In this document: in pieces, positions 1 to 9,283 of the stretch | How positions within the stretch are numbered: the stretch's first letter is position 1 | How the letters are laid out: every line of letters begins with the position of its first letter | DNA from: Patescibacteria group bacterium | GTDB taxonomy: Bacteria > Patescibacteriota > JAHJAL01 | DNA: 64,000 bases | Direction of reading: 5' to 3' | Assembly: GCA_049322675.1 (NCBI GenBank) | Contig: JBMORM010000025.1 | Location: forward strand, 520 to 64,519 | The notes under the pieces: generated by a model | Seen by the model: only the letters and a program-made list of their open reading frames with translations | What the model was told of the DNA's origin: nothing | Database searches by the model: none | Program-made: the position numbers and the translations under genes

Positions 1-2
1 AT

Positions 3-560
3 CAAAAGTTGATTTTGGCTGTTAATCAAAATAATGAATTGGGGGATGTATTGGTAGATGGTGAACAGTGGTTGTATTCCAGGTTGAATATTTGGAGTAA
101 GCCAATTATTGATGCTGACATGGTTGATCACGAGTTAATAAAGCAATTGAAGGATGATTTTGCCAAATTCATCAAAAAGCAGGGGACAAATTTTTTCGGT
201 TGGGCGCATGGGAATATTACGGGTGATCATGTCATGAAAACAAAGTCAGGTGATATTTTTCTGTTTGACTTGGATGCGGTTGCTAGGTCAGGAAAGGGAT
301 ATTATGATTTTTTGCGGGCTTTGGATTTTATGTTTTTCAAAATAGAAGATGAACAAAAAATTTACGAAAAAATACCGAAATGGATGGATGAATATTTGGG
401 TAGGTTTGATCAGGAAGAGGTAAAAATGGTTTTTGCTTTTCGTAATATTGGAATTTTGGGTTGGGATATTTTGTATAACAAATCGATCGAACAGGAAAAA
501 AATCTAAATAATAATCGCAAGATAAATTGTTTGTTGAATTTTATCAATAGAACTTATTAG
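3..560 (+). CDS. APH/choline-kinase-like phosphotransferase-fold protein (5' partial)
   Basis: Frame is open from the window edge; AHGNITGDH..LFDLD resembles the HGDxxxxN..DxE motifs. Confidence 0.5.
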   Translation, partial: QKLILAVNQNNELGDVLVDGEQWLYSRLNIWSKPIIDADMVDHELIKQLKDDFAKFIKKQGTNFFGWAHGNITGDHVMKTKSGDIFLFDLDAVARSGKGYYDFLRALDFMFFKIEDEQKIYEKIPKWMDEYLGRFDQEEVKMVFAFRNIGILGWDILYNKSIEQEKNLNNNRKINCLLNFINRTY

Positions 561-575
561 AAAAAAGTAGAGATC

Positions 576-1319
576 ATGTGGTATCAAGCGGTGCAAACAA
601 TCAATATTTTTGGTATTCATCTTCAGGTTTGGGGATTGATGTTGGCAGTGGGAGTGATTTGTGCTTGGTTTCTTTTTGATTACAATCTTTGGTGGCGAGG
701 TATAAAGCATGATTCATCTTGGGTGATGTCTGGAGCGATAATATCGGGTTTGTTGGGTTCGAGGGTTTTTCAGATTATTTTGGATTGGGATTATTATTCA
801 AAAAATTTGAATAAAATTGTGGCGATATGGGAAGGGGGAATGGCATCTTATGGGGCGTATATTTTCTTGTTTGTCTTTTTGTTTTGGTATATTGGAAAGT
901 ATGTGGATCGAAAAACTGATTTTTTGGAAGCTGGTGTAGGACCGATGTTTTTGGCTTTGGCGGTTGCTCGAATCGGTTGTTTTATGATCAATGATCATTT
1001 TGGAAAGACAAGCGGGGTGCCGTGGGCAATTTTGTCTTTGGGAGAGATGCGTCATCCGATTTCTTTATATTATGTTTTGATGGATTTTTCTTTGTTCTTT
1101 TTGGTGTCATATTTGTATTATGTAAAAAAGTGTTATGGCTATCTGTTTTGGTTGATGATTGGACTGTATGCGGTATTGAGATTGACGGTGGATTTGTTGT
1201 GGAAGGATTGGTTGGGAAATGATCCTTCTTTTTATGGTACAATACTGTCCAGCGTTGTCTTTTTCTTGATTTCTCTAGTTATGATTTGGAGAAAGACAAA
1301 TAAGAAAACAATATTTTAA
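576..1319 (+). CDS. lgt: prolipoprotein diacylglyceryl transferase
   Basis: Multi-TM; IWEGGMASYG, ARIGCFMINDHFG and RHP motifs. Confidence 0.85.
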   Translation: MWYQAVQTINIFGIHLQVWGLMLAVGVICAWFLFDYNLWWRGIKHDSSWVMSGAIISGLLGSRVFQIILDWDYYSKNLNKIVAIWEGGMASYGAYIFLFVFLFWYIGKYVDRKTDFLEAGVGPMFLALAVARIGCFMINDHFGKTSGVPWAILSLGEMRHPISLYYVLMDFSLFFLVSYLYYVKKCYGYLFWLMIGLYAVLRLTVDLLWKDWLGNDPSFYGTILSSVVFFLISLVMIWRKTNKKTIF

Positions 1320-1389
1320 TCGAAATTTAATCTTTTTCTTATATCTTTAAGGTGGGCTAAAATAGTACCGTCTTATTTTTTTATCATTT

Positions 1390-2061
1390 ATGAAAATATT
1401 AATTATCGAGGATGAAAAGAGAATAACCAGTTTTATCAAGAAAGGATTGGGTTACGAAGGATATGTGGTAGAAGAAGCATATGATGGAAAAAGTGGCTTA
1501 AATAAAGGCAAAGATAATAGTGTCGATTTGATTATTCTGGATTTGATGTTACCAAAAATGGATGGTATAGAAGTTTGTCGTAGTTTGAGAGAGGAGGGGA
1601 TAAAGACGCCAATTATTATGTTGACGGCCAAGGATAGTATAGATGATAAGGTGAAAGGCTTAGATGTGGGAGCCGATGATTATTTGGTAAAACCGTTTGC
1701 TTTCAAAGAATTATTGGCACGGGTCAGATCTTTGTTGAGAAGGGGTAAAACTGAGAAGCCTATATTGTTGAAGATTGGTGATTTGGAGTTGAATCCTTCC
1801 AGTCGAGAAGTCTCACGAGAAGGAAAATATATCCTATTGAGTAAGAAAGAGTATAGTTTGTTGGAGTATTTAATGCGTAACCCAAATCAGGTACTGACCA
1901 GGACGATGATTTCGGAGCATGTATGGGATTATGATTTTGATAGTTTTACTAATACGATCGATGTGTATATTCGTTATTTGCGTAAAAAAGTGGATGATCC
2001 GTTTTCCAAGAAGTTGATCAAGACTATCAGAGGAGTGGGTTACAAAATAAGTGAAAGCTGA
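1390..2061 (+). CDS. OmpR/PhoB-family response regulator
   Basis: REC domain (ED, DLMLP, GADDYLVKPF) plus winged helix (TIRGVGY). Confidence 0.95.
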   Translation: MKILIIEDEKRITSFIKKGLGYEGYVVEEAYDGKSGLNKGKDNSVDLIILDLMLPKMDGIEVCRSLREEGIKTPIIMLTAKDSIDDKVKGLDVGADDYLVKPFAFKELLARVRSLLRRGKTEKPILLKIGDLELNPSSREVSREGKYILLSKKEYSLLEYLMRNPNQVLTRTMISEHVWDYDFDSFTNTIDVYIRYLRKKVDDPFSKKLIKTIRGVGYKISES

Positions 2062-3992
2062 TGTTAAAAAAAACGGCACTAAAATTTCAATCTGACACTT
2101 TGTCATGTGATGCCTGTCCGATGTTGGTTGGTTTGATCAACTGGTTCAACGCTGGTTTTTTGGTAGTGGACTTGAACTATAATATCGTTTTTGCCAATCA
2201 GTACTTTTTGGTTTTATGGAAGAAGAAAATTGAAGAAATAAGGGGAAAGAATTTGTTTTCTGCTGGTAAGGGATTTTTTGATTTGGAGAAGATGCGTGAT
2301 TTGTTTTCGGTTGTGATGAGAAAAAAATCTGTTCAAGCTGATTACTGGGTGTCTTCCAAAAAGCAAAATGAAGTAGATATTTTTGTATATCCATTTTTTG
2401 ATATGTCAGAAAATGTTATTGGTTATGTGGTAATGAGTAGAACAGCAGCCAAGATTTCTGATTTGTTGTTTAGCGATTATAAAATTGATATTTTTATCAG
2501 GTATATTTTTGGTGTTATGAATGAGGGAGCAACTGTGATAGACAATAATGGTTGTTTGGAATATGCCAATCAGAGATTTTATGATCTATTGGGATATAGA
2601 TCGGAAGAACTAGTAGGAAGGCACTGGACTTATTGGTGTGATGAAAATTATTTGTATGAAGAGAAAAATAGAAAGATTTTGAAGGGAGGTTATGTTGATA
2701 GGGGAGTGTTTAAATATAATATAAAGTTAAAACATAAAAATGGACGAAAAATTCCGGTTTTTTTGGCGGTAAGCAAAAACGTGGATCGTGATCTTGATAT
2801 AAAATCGATCGGAGTTATAACTGATATTTCCGATAAGTTGAAATTGGAGAGTGATTTTCAAAAGATGAATAGTTTAAACAAAAGGGTATTAGAGACGATT
2901 GCGACGGGAATAATTACTTTGGATAAAAATTTGAAAGTGAGTTCGATTAATAATCAAGTGGAAGTTTTGTTTGGAAAAAAAATTAACATGGTTCGAGGTT
3001 TGGATTTGAGGGATGCGTTTCCAAATATTGCAATTTTGGCTGAATGGTCGAATTGGGTTATTCGTACTTTGAGACCTTATCATGTAGATCGATATAAACT
3101 GGCAGAGCCGATTGATAATAAAATGTTATTTATTAATGTGAGAATAAATCCATTTTTTGAACAAGATGGTCTGGTTTCAGGTGTGGTTTGTGCTTTTGAT
3201 GATGTAAGTATGAGTGCAAAGTTGGAAGAGCAGATTGAAATTTCTTATCGCAATTTGGAGATTGCTCACAACAAGTTGTCATTGTTACTTAAAAGACAGA
3301 CTGATTTTTTGGCCGATGTTTCGCATGAGTTGCGTACCCCATTGACGGTTATTTCTGGGAATGTGGAGGTGGTTTTGCAGGACAGAAAAACAGACAAAAA
3401 AGAATATGTCAGTGTATTAAAATTGGTTGAAAACGAGTCTAGGAGGATGAAAAGAATGGTTGAGGATTTGACGATGTTGACAAAGTTGGAAAGTGGACAG
3501 ATAGGTTTGCGATATAGTGAGTTTTGGGTTGAGGATTTGATTGAGGATATGATGCGAAAATTGAAATATATTGATCATAGTGGAAAGATGGTTAAATTCA
3601 CTAAAGTAGAAAATCTTTTGGTGGTGGCTGATTTGGAGAAAACTCAAGCTTTGTTGTGGAATATCATTGAGAATAGTTTGAAATATACCAAAGCAAATGG
3701 TCTGATTGTCGTTAGAATATATCGGAGTGCAAAAAAAAGGAGAGAATTGGTAATTGAGGTCGCGGATAATGGAATAGGAATTCCGAAAGAACAGATAGAT
3801 TTTATTTTTGATCGTTTTTATCGTGTGGATAAGTCAAGAAGTCGGGTTAGAGGTGGTTCTGGTTTGGGTTTGGCGATATGCAAATGGATCGCGACCGCAC
3901 ATAAGGGCGAGATAAAAGCGAAAAGTGTGTTGGGTAAGGGTTCAACTTTTATAGTTAGAATGCCTGTTTTGAAGAATGTGATTAAAGATTAA
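2061..3992 (+). CDS. cytoplasmic multi-PAS sensor histidine kinase
   Basis: About three PAS-like segments; H-box SHELRTPLT; N, DNGIGI and GSGLGLAI boxes; TGATG coupling to the regulator. Confidence 0.92.
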   Translation: MLKKTALKFQSDTLSCDACPMLVGLINWFNAGFLVVDLNYNIVFANQYFLVLWKKKIEEIRGKNLFSAGKGFFDLEKMRDLFSVVMRKKSVQADYWVSSKKQNEVDIFVYPFFDMSENVIGYVVMSRTAAKISDLLFSDYKIDIFIRYIFGVMNEGATVIDNNGCLEYANQRFYDLLGYRSEELVGRHWTYWCDENYLYEEKNRKILKGGYVDRGVFKYNIKLKHKNGRKIPVFLAVSKNVDRDLDIKSIGVITDISDKLKLESDFQKMNSLNKRVLETIATGIITLDKNLKVSSINNQVEVLFGKKINMVRGLDLRDAFPNIAILAEWSNWVIRTLRPYHVDRYKLAEPIDNKMLFINVRINPFFEQDGLVSGVVCAFDDVSMSAKLEEQIEISYRNLEIAHNKLSLLLKRQTDFLADVSHELRTPLTVISGNVEVVLQDRKTDKKEYVSVLKLVENESRRMKRMVEDLTMLTKLESGQIGLRYSEFWVEDLIEDMMRKLKYIDHSGKMVKFTKVENLLVVADLEKTQALLWNIIENSLKYTKANGLIVVRIYRSAKKRRELVIEVADNGIGIPKEQIDFIFDRFYRVDKSRSRVRGGSGLGLAICKWIATAHKGEIKAKSVLGKGSTFIVRMPVLKNVIKD

Positions 3993-4078
3993 AATGCTTT
4001 TAATAATACTTTCATCTTTGCTTTAATAAGAATCTTTTATTGTGTAAGTAGAAGATTTTTTTAGATGGAGGTGTAAGT

Positions 4079-4531
4079 ATGAGCGCAATAAAGTATGGCA
4101 CAAGCAAAAAAATGGGAAGAATTTCTGAAAGATTGCAGTTTTCATTTAGAAAATATCGTGATGCAGAAGGAAGGTTAAAGGAATTGGTAAAGTTGGGTCG
4201 TTCCATTTTAGAAACAGCGGAGTATTCGGAAGCAAAAATGGAGGTTTTGTACTGGCAGAAAAGAATTTCGGAATTAAGGAAGATGATCGGAAAAAAAGCG
4301 GTGGCAAAGAATGAGTCGAAAGTTGGTTTGGGCTCAACGGTTATGGTGAAGTTTGGTTCTCTGAGCAAAGAATATACGATTGTGACTTCTTTGGAAGCTG
4401 ATCCAGCCAATGGGTTTATTTCCAACGAGTCTCCTTTGGGTCGTGCTTTGTTAAATAAATCGAGTAGTGAGAGCGTTTCGGTTAAGACCCCTTCCGGTGA
4501 TTATGTATATTCGATTCTGGGAGTAGCCTAA
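4079..4531 (+). CDS. greA: GreA/GreB-family transcription factor (divergent tip)
   Basis: ETAEYSEAK coiled-coil tip; VGLGSTV; EADP..G.IS.ESPLGRALL. Confidence 0.8.
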   Translation: MSAIKYGTSKKMGRISERLQFSFRKYRDAEGRLKELVKLGRSILETAEYSEAKMEVLYWQKRISELRKMIGKKAVAKNESKVGLGSTVMVKFGSLSKEYTIVTSLEADPANGFISNESPLGRALLNKSSSESVSVKTPSGDYVYSILGVA

Positions 4532-4550
4532 AAGAAGAGAAATGTGAATA

Positions 4551-4589
4551 AAAAATAGGCCTGCCAAAATAATTTTGCAGGCTTTTTTT
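4551..4589 (+). terminator. intrinsic terminator
   Basis: aggcctgc...gcaggctt stem followed by a T run, preceded by an A run. Confidence 0.75.
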
Positions 4590-4622
4590 ATTGTTTGGAG
4601 TTTTCTTTGCTAAAATATACGT

Positions 4623-6002
4623 ATGAGATATTATTTGGCCGTTTGGCTGGGAAAAATTTTGGTATTTTGTTTGGGTTTTTTTCGACGTGGTGGGACATCT
4701 TTACCTGGGTTGATTGCTAGGACAATTGAACCGGAGATTTTGTATAAATTTTGTCGACAATTACGCTTGGGTACGATTGTAGTCACAGGTACCAACGGCA
4801 AAACTACCACTTCTAGATTAATAAAAAAGATTTTGGAAACAGGAGGTTATAATATTGTTTGCAATGGCGAGGGATCAAATTTGGAAAGGGGTTTAATATC
4901 TAGTTTGATTAAAGAGTGCGATTGGTCGGGAAAAGTTGATTATGATATTGGTGTTTTTGAGGTTGACGAGGCCGATTTGAAAAACATTATGCCGAAATTG
5001 TTTTGTCGTCAGTTGGTTGTAACCAATTTTTTTCGGGATCAATTGGATAGATTTGGAGAGTTGAATCATTTGAAGATGATAGTCAAACAAGCAATATCTG
5101 AGATGCCGGCAGGAAGTAATCTGATTTTGAATGCAGATGATCCTTTTGTGGGAAGTTTAGGCAAAGATGTGAGTGGATTGAATGTTCGTTATTTTGGTTT
5201 AAACATCGCTGATCGAGCGGTTAAAGGAGAAAGTGTTGATGTCACCGAATGTCAGGTTTGTGGAGAAAGTTTGTTTTATGAAAAGAGATATTTGGCGCAT
5301 GTAGGAAAATACTATTGTCGAAAATGTGGATTTAAGCGGCCGGATCTTGATTGGGAAACAAGTCAGTATCAAGGTTTTGGGGTCGATGGAATGGAGATCA
5401 AAGTGGGAAATCAAAAATGGGGTGAGTTTGACTTGAAACTCAATCTACCCGGTTTTTTTAATGTTTATAATGTTTTGGCGGCGTTGGCAGTGGTATCGGA
5501 ATTGGAGCTGGAAAGAGATCAGGCGATTGACGCAATCAATAAATTTAATCCTGTTTTTGGCCGCTTTGAGAAGGTTATGTTGGACAATTTAAAGCTGGTT
5601 TTGATGTTGGCGAAAAATCCTACCGGTTTTAACGAATTGATTAAAACTATTTTGGAAAATGAGTCAAAAGTAAAATTATTGGTAATATTAAATGACAATT
5701 ATGCTGATGGTCGTGATATTTCGTGGATTTGGGATGTCAATTTTGAGTGGTTTGAAAATCGTATAGAGTGGGCTTGTTTATCTGGACTTCGTAGTTACGA
5801 ATTGTTGTTGAGATTCAAATATGCGGGAGCGGATTTGGATGTGGTTGGAGTCGAAGAAAACTATGACAAAATTTTGAGCGATTTTATTGATTTAAAAGAT
5901 CGTGGCAATATTTATGTCTTGGCAACATATACTGGCATGCTTGATTTTAGAAAGAAGATAACTAATAGGGGATTATTAGCTGATTTTTGGGTGGAGCAAT
6001 AA
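4623..6002 (+). CDS. murT: lipid II isoglutaminyl synthase ligase subunit MurT
   Basis: GTNGKTTT, EVDE, NFFRDQLDRFGE, CxxC..CxxC zinc finger, KNP and DGRDISWIWD. Confidence 0.92.
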   Translation: MRYYLAVWLGKILVFCLGFFRRGGTSLPGLIARTIEPEILYKFCRQLRLGTIVVTGTNGKTTTSRLIKKILETGGYNIVCNGEGSNLERGLISSLIKECDWSGKVDYDIGVFEVDEADLKNIMPKLFCRQLVVTNFFRDQLDRFGELNHLKMIVKQAISEMPAGSNLILNADDPFVGSLGKDVSGLNVRYFGLNIADRAVKGESVDVTECQVCGESLFYEKRYLAHVGKYYCRKCGFKRPDLDWETSQYQGFGVDGMEIKVGNQKWGEFDLKLNLPGFFNVYNVLAALAVVSELELERDQAIDAINKFNPVFGRFEKVMLDNLKLVLMLAKNPTGFNELIKTILENESKVKLLVILNDNYADGRDISWIWDVNFEWFENRIEWACLSGLRSYELLLRFKYAGADLDVVGVEENYDKILSDFIDLKDRGNIYVLATYTGMLDFRKKITNRGLLADFWVEQ

Positions 6003-6005
6003 AAT

Positions 6006-6779
6006 ATGGATCAAGATTTTATTAAAATATGTTTTTTGTATAGCCGATCGATGAATATTTATGGTGATCGAGGCAATATATTATGTTTACAGCAACGGGC
6101 TAAATGGAGACAAAAAAAAGTAGAAATTTTGGAGTATAATATAGGGGATAGCAGTTTTAATTTTAGTGATATTGATTTATTTTTTTTCGGTGGGGGGCAA
6201 GATGTTCAACAATTGGAAGTAGCTGAAGATTTACAAAAAATTGGTAAGAAGGTTTTGATTCAGTTACGTCAAAAAAAAGCGGCGATGTTAGCAATATGTG
6301 GAGGAATGCAGTTGATGGCTGAGTATTATCAAACGGCGGAGGGGCGAAAGATGAAGGGTTTGGGTTTTTTTGCGGCTTATACTGTGGCAGGCAATAAACG
6401 TCAGATTGGTAATGTGGTAATAGATTCTGAATTATTTGGTCGAGTGGTTGGTTTTGAGAATCATAGTGGGCAAACATTTGTCGATTGGAAAAAAAATTTT
6501 CCTTTAGGCAAGGTGGTAATTGGTTCTGGAAATAATGGTCAGGATGGTTTTGAAGGGATTATTTATCTAAATTCGATTGGCAGCTACTTGCATGGTAGTT
6601 TGCTTCCCAAAAATCCACGCGTTGCCGATTGGTTGTTGCAAAAGGCTTTTGAACGTCGTTATGGAGATTATCAGTTGACCGAACTGAATGATATAGTCGA
6701 AAATGAGGCGGCGGAAAGAGCAGAAAAAAATGCAATGAAAGTTGATAGGGTGACCAATATAAGTTCAAAATACAAATAA
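6006..6779 (+). CDS. gatD: lipid II isoglutaminyl synthase glutaminase subunit GatD (CobQ-like)
   Basis: MNIYGDRGN, GGGQD, AICGG, GFENH and SYLHGSLLPKNP; adjacent to murT. Confidence 0.92.
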   Translation: MDQDFIKICFLYSRSMNIYGDRGNILCLQQRAKWRQKKVEILEYNIGDSSFNFSDIDLFFFGGGQDVQQLEVAEDLQKIGKKVLIQLRQKKAAMLAICGGMQLMAEYYQTAEGRKMKGLGFFAAYTVAGNKRQIGNVVIDSELFGRVVGFENHSGQTFVDWKKNFPLGKVVIGSGNNGQDGFEGIIYLNSIGSYLHGSLLPKNPRVADWLLQKAFERRYGDYQLTELNDIVENEAAERAEKNAMKVDRVTNISSKYK

Positions 6780-6794
6780 TTTTAACTTTAAAAA

Positions 6795-7646
6795 ATGAAA
6801 GAAAAACTAATTATAATAGGCGTAGGGATTGTTTTGTTGGTTTTATTGGGTGTTGGTATCTATTATTTTTGGCCACGTGATTCCAAACCGGTGAATACAG
6901 AATTGTTGGCTTGTAATCAAGTTTGTACGGAAGGTAAAAATTGTCAGAGCGGATTTTGTGCAGAGGGAGTGTGTCGAGAAAAGAATTGTTCCCAGGAAAA
7001 AGATTGTCAGTGCAAGACTAAACCGTTGGTGGTGGGAGATTTTGCTGAGAATTTTTTTGATGGTAAGATTGATGATTTTTGGCATTGGAATAATGCGGAA
7101 AAATCAGAAAGTAGCTATGACGTGGATAACATTAAAGAAGAGATGGTGATTACAGCGGCTGGCGATACCAGCCAATGGTCAGCGTCAGATACTGCTCCTA
7201 CAATGTATTTTTTATCATCGGATAACTTTGAATTGGAAGTTGAATATGATTTTGATCCGAGGTTTGATTTTCAACATGCTGGTATAGGTGTCAGAGATAG
7301 TCAAAGTGGCGATTGGATTCGGGTTTCTCGTTCTTATGATACGCATTCTTTACAGAATGAGTATGATCAACCGAATTCTTTGTATTTGATGGAAAGGAAG
7401 GAAAAAACAATATTAAAATATGATCATGTCAATTTTTATGATACGAAAGTATATTTGCGCATGAAACGAAATATGGGAAGTATTAGTTTTGAATATAGTC
7501 GTGATGGGAAAAAGTGGTCAAATCTTGGTAAGGCGGAGAATGCTAATCTTAATGATGAGGTGGAAGTATATCTTTTCGCGTATTCTACCAATCCTAATCC
7601 GGCGAAAGTAGCTTTCAAAAATATAGTTTATACTATTGAAAACTAA
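6795..7646 (+). CDS. membrane-anchored protein with an 8-Cys module and a ConA-like/DUF1349 beta-sandwich
   Basis: N-terminal TM; Cys cluster; FQHAGI..YLRMKR..FEYSRDGKKW pattern. Confidence 0.6.
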   Translation: MKEKLIIIGVGIVLLVLLGVGIYYFWPRDSKPVNTELLACNQVCTEGKNCQSGFCAEGVCREKNCSQEKDCQCKTKPLVVGDFAENFFDGKIDDFWHWNNAEKSESSYDVDNIKEEMVITAAGDTSQWSASDTAPTMYFLSSDNFELEVEYDFDPRFDFQHAGIGVRDSQSGDWIRVSRSYDTHSLQNEYDQPNSLYLMERKEKTILKYDHVNFYDTKVYLRMKRNMGSISFEYSRDGKKWSNLGKAENANLNDEVEVYLFAYSTNPNPAKVAFKNIVYTIEN

Positions 7647-7706
7647 ATTATTAGGAAAAGAGGAGGGCTGAGAGATTTATTGGTGTGTTAACTCGGCGGG
7701 TTAAAT

Positions 7707-9275
7707 ATGGCTAAATTGGTATTGTATCGAAAATATCGTTCGCAAAATTTGGAAGAGATTATTGGTCAAGATAATATCGTCCAGACAGTTAGACAGGCAA
7801 TTTTGTCTGATCAGGTTGGCCATGCGTATTTGTTGGCTGGTCCACGGGGAGTGGGAAAAACTTCTTTGGCTAGGATTTTGTCGCGGGCAATAAATTGCTT
7901 GAATTTGGATGAGCGTGGTAATCCGTGCAATAAATGCGAGGTGTGTTTGTCTTTTATTGAACAGTCAAGTATGGACTTGATTGAAGTTGATGCTGCTTCT
8001 CATCGAGGAATTGATGATATTAGATTCTTACAAGAAGGATCGTCTTTTGTTCCGGTGATGGCGAGAAAAAAAGTCTTTATAATCGACGAAGTTCATATGT
8101 TGACCAAAGAAGCGTTCAATGCTCTATTGAAAACTTTGGAAGAACCGCCTGAGCATTTGCTTTTTGTATTGGCAACGACGGAGATTGATCGAGTTCCAGA
8201 GACGGTTTTGTCCAGATGCCAGATTTTTATGTTCAATAGGATTTCGACGGAGGTTTTGGCTAAACATCTGATTAATATTGTGGAAAAAGAGAAAAGGGAA
8301 ATTGATATCGAAGCGGCAGAGTTGATTGCTCGGTTGGCGGATGGTGGTGGACGCGATGCTTTAGGGATGTTGGAACAGGTTTTGTTGTTTTCCAAAGATA
8401 AAATATCTGTGTCGATCGTGGAAGATGTTTTGGGTTTGATTAGTGAAAAATTACTATCAAATATTGTCTTGATGCTGTTGAAACGAGAGGACTTAGCAAA
8501 AATTTTGGATTATTATTTTAGAGAGATTTATACTAAGGGTGTGGATGTGTTTCGGTTGATGCATGATTTGCAAAAATACGTTCGTGATTTGATTCTAAAA
8601 AAATATTCGTTGGAAGGATTAAATAATGAGTATATTTGGTTAAAGGACGTGTCTTTGTCAGATTTAGTTTTGATTTTGGAAGTATTGGAAGAAGTTTTGA
8701 AGAAAAAATTTGATATTGATTCTGTTTATTTTGAATTGTTTGTTTACAAAATAGATATTGTCTTTTCACAAAGAAAAAACTTGAATGATGGAGTCGTCAG
8801 GGAAAAGAAATTGGAAATAACAGACCAAACGGCTGAAAAAAAAACGTTTGAAAATGAAAATAAGGTAGATGAATCAGATAAAGTAATTTCCGAAGTTGGT
8901 AGTTTGCAACTTAGTTTTGAACAGTGGCAAAATATTGTTTTGGAGTTAAATAGTGTTAAACCGGTTGTAGGTTCAATTTTAAAAATGTCGCGCTTTATTG
9001 GTCAAAGTGGTAATAAGATTTCCATAGAAGTTCCGTTTTTATTGCATAAGGATCAACTGTTGTCTTCGGAAAATTATTTGGCTTGGGAAGAAGCTTCTAA
9101 AAAGGTTGTTGGATGTATTTGCGGATTGGAATGTTCAGTGAATTCTCAGCTAAAGAATAATCAAGAAAAGAGAGCAGCAATGGAAAATGATATTCAACAA
9201 AAGATTAATAAGGAATTGGGACTGGATTTGGTTAAAGATGTTTTAGAAGTGTTTGGAGGTAGGATTATAAATTAG
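7707..9275 (+). CDS. dnaX: DNA polymerase III subunit gamma/tau
   Basis: LYRKYR, GPRGVGKTS, Zn Cys cluster, IDEVHML, NALLKTLEEPP and SRC. Confidence 0.97.
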   Translation: MAKLVLYRKYRSQNLEEIIGQDNIVQTVRQAILSDQVGHAYLLAGPRGVGKTSLARILSRAINCLNLDERGNPCNKCEVCLSFIEQSSMDLIEVDAASHRGIDDIRFLQEGSSFVPVMARKKVFIIDEVHMLTKEAFNALLKTLEEPPEHLLFVLATTEIDRVPETVLSRCQIFMFNRISTEVLAKHLINIVEKEKREIDIEAAELIARLADGGGRDALGMLEQVLLFSKDKISVSIVEDVLGLISEKLLSNIVLMLLKREDLAKILDYYFREIYTKGVDVFRLMHDLQKYVRDLILKKYSLEGLNNEYIWLKDVSLSDLVLILEVLEEVLKKKFDIDSVYFELFVYKIDIVFSQRKNLNDGVVREKKLEITDQTAEKKTFENENKVDESDKVISEVGSLQLSFEQWQNIVLELNSVKPVVGSILKMSRFIGQSGNKISIEVPFLLHKDQLLSSENYLAWEEASKKVVGCICGLECSVNSQLKNNQEKRAAMENDIQQKINKELGLDLVKDVLEVFGGRIIN

Positions 9276-9283
9276 AAAAAAAT

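Noticed and set aside
7660-7706. Possible SRP RNA (ffs) upstream of dnaX
   Set aside because: Only a 6-bp gctgag/ctcggc stem; no SRP domain IV motif and the spacer is too short
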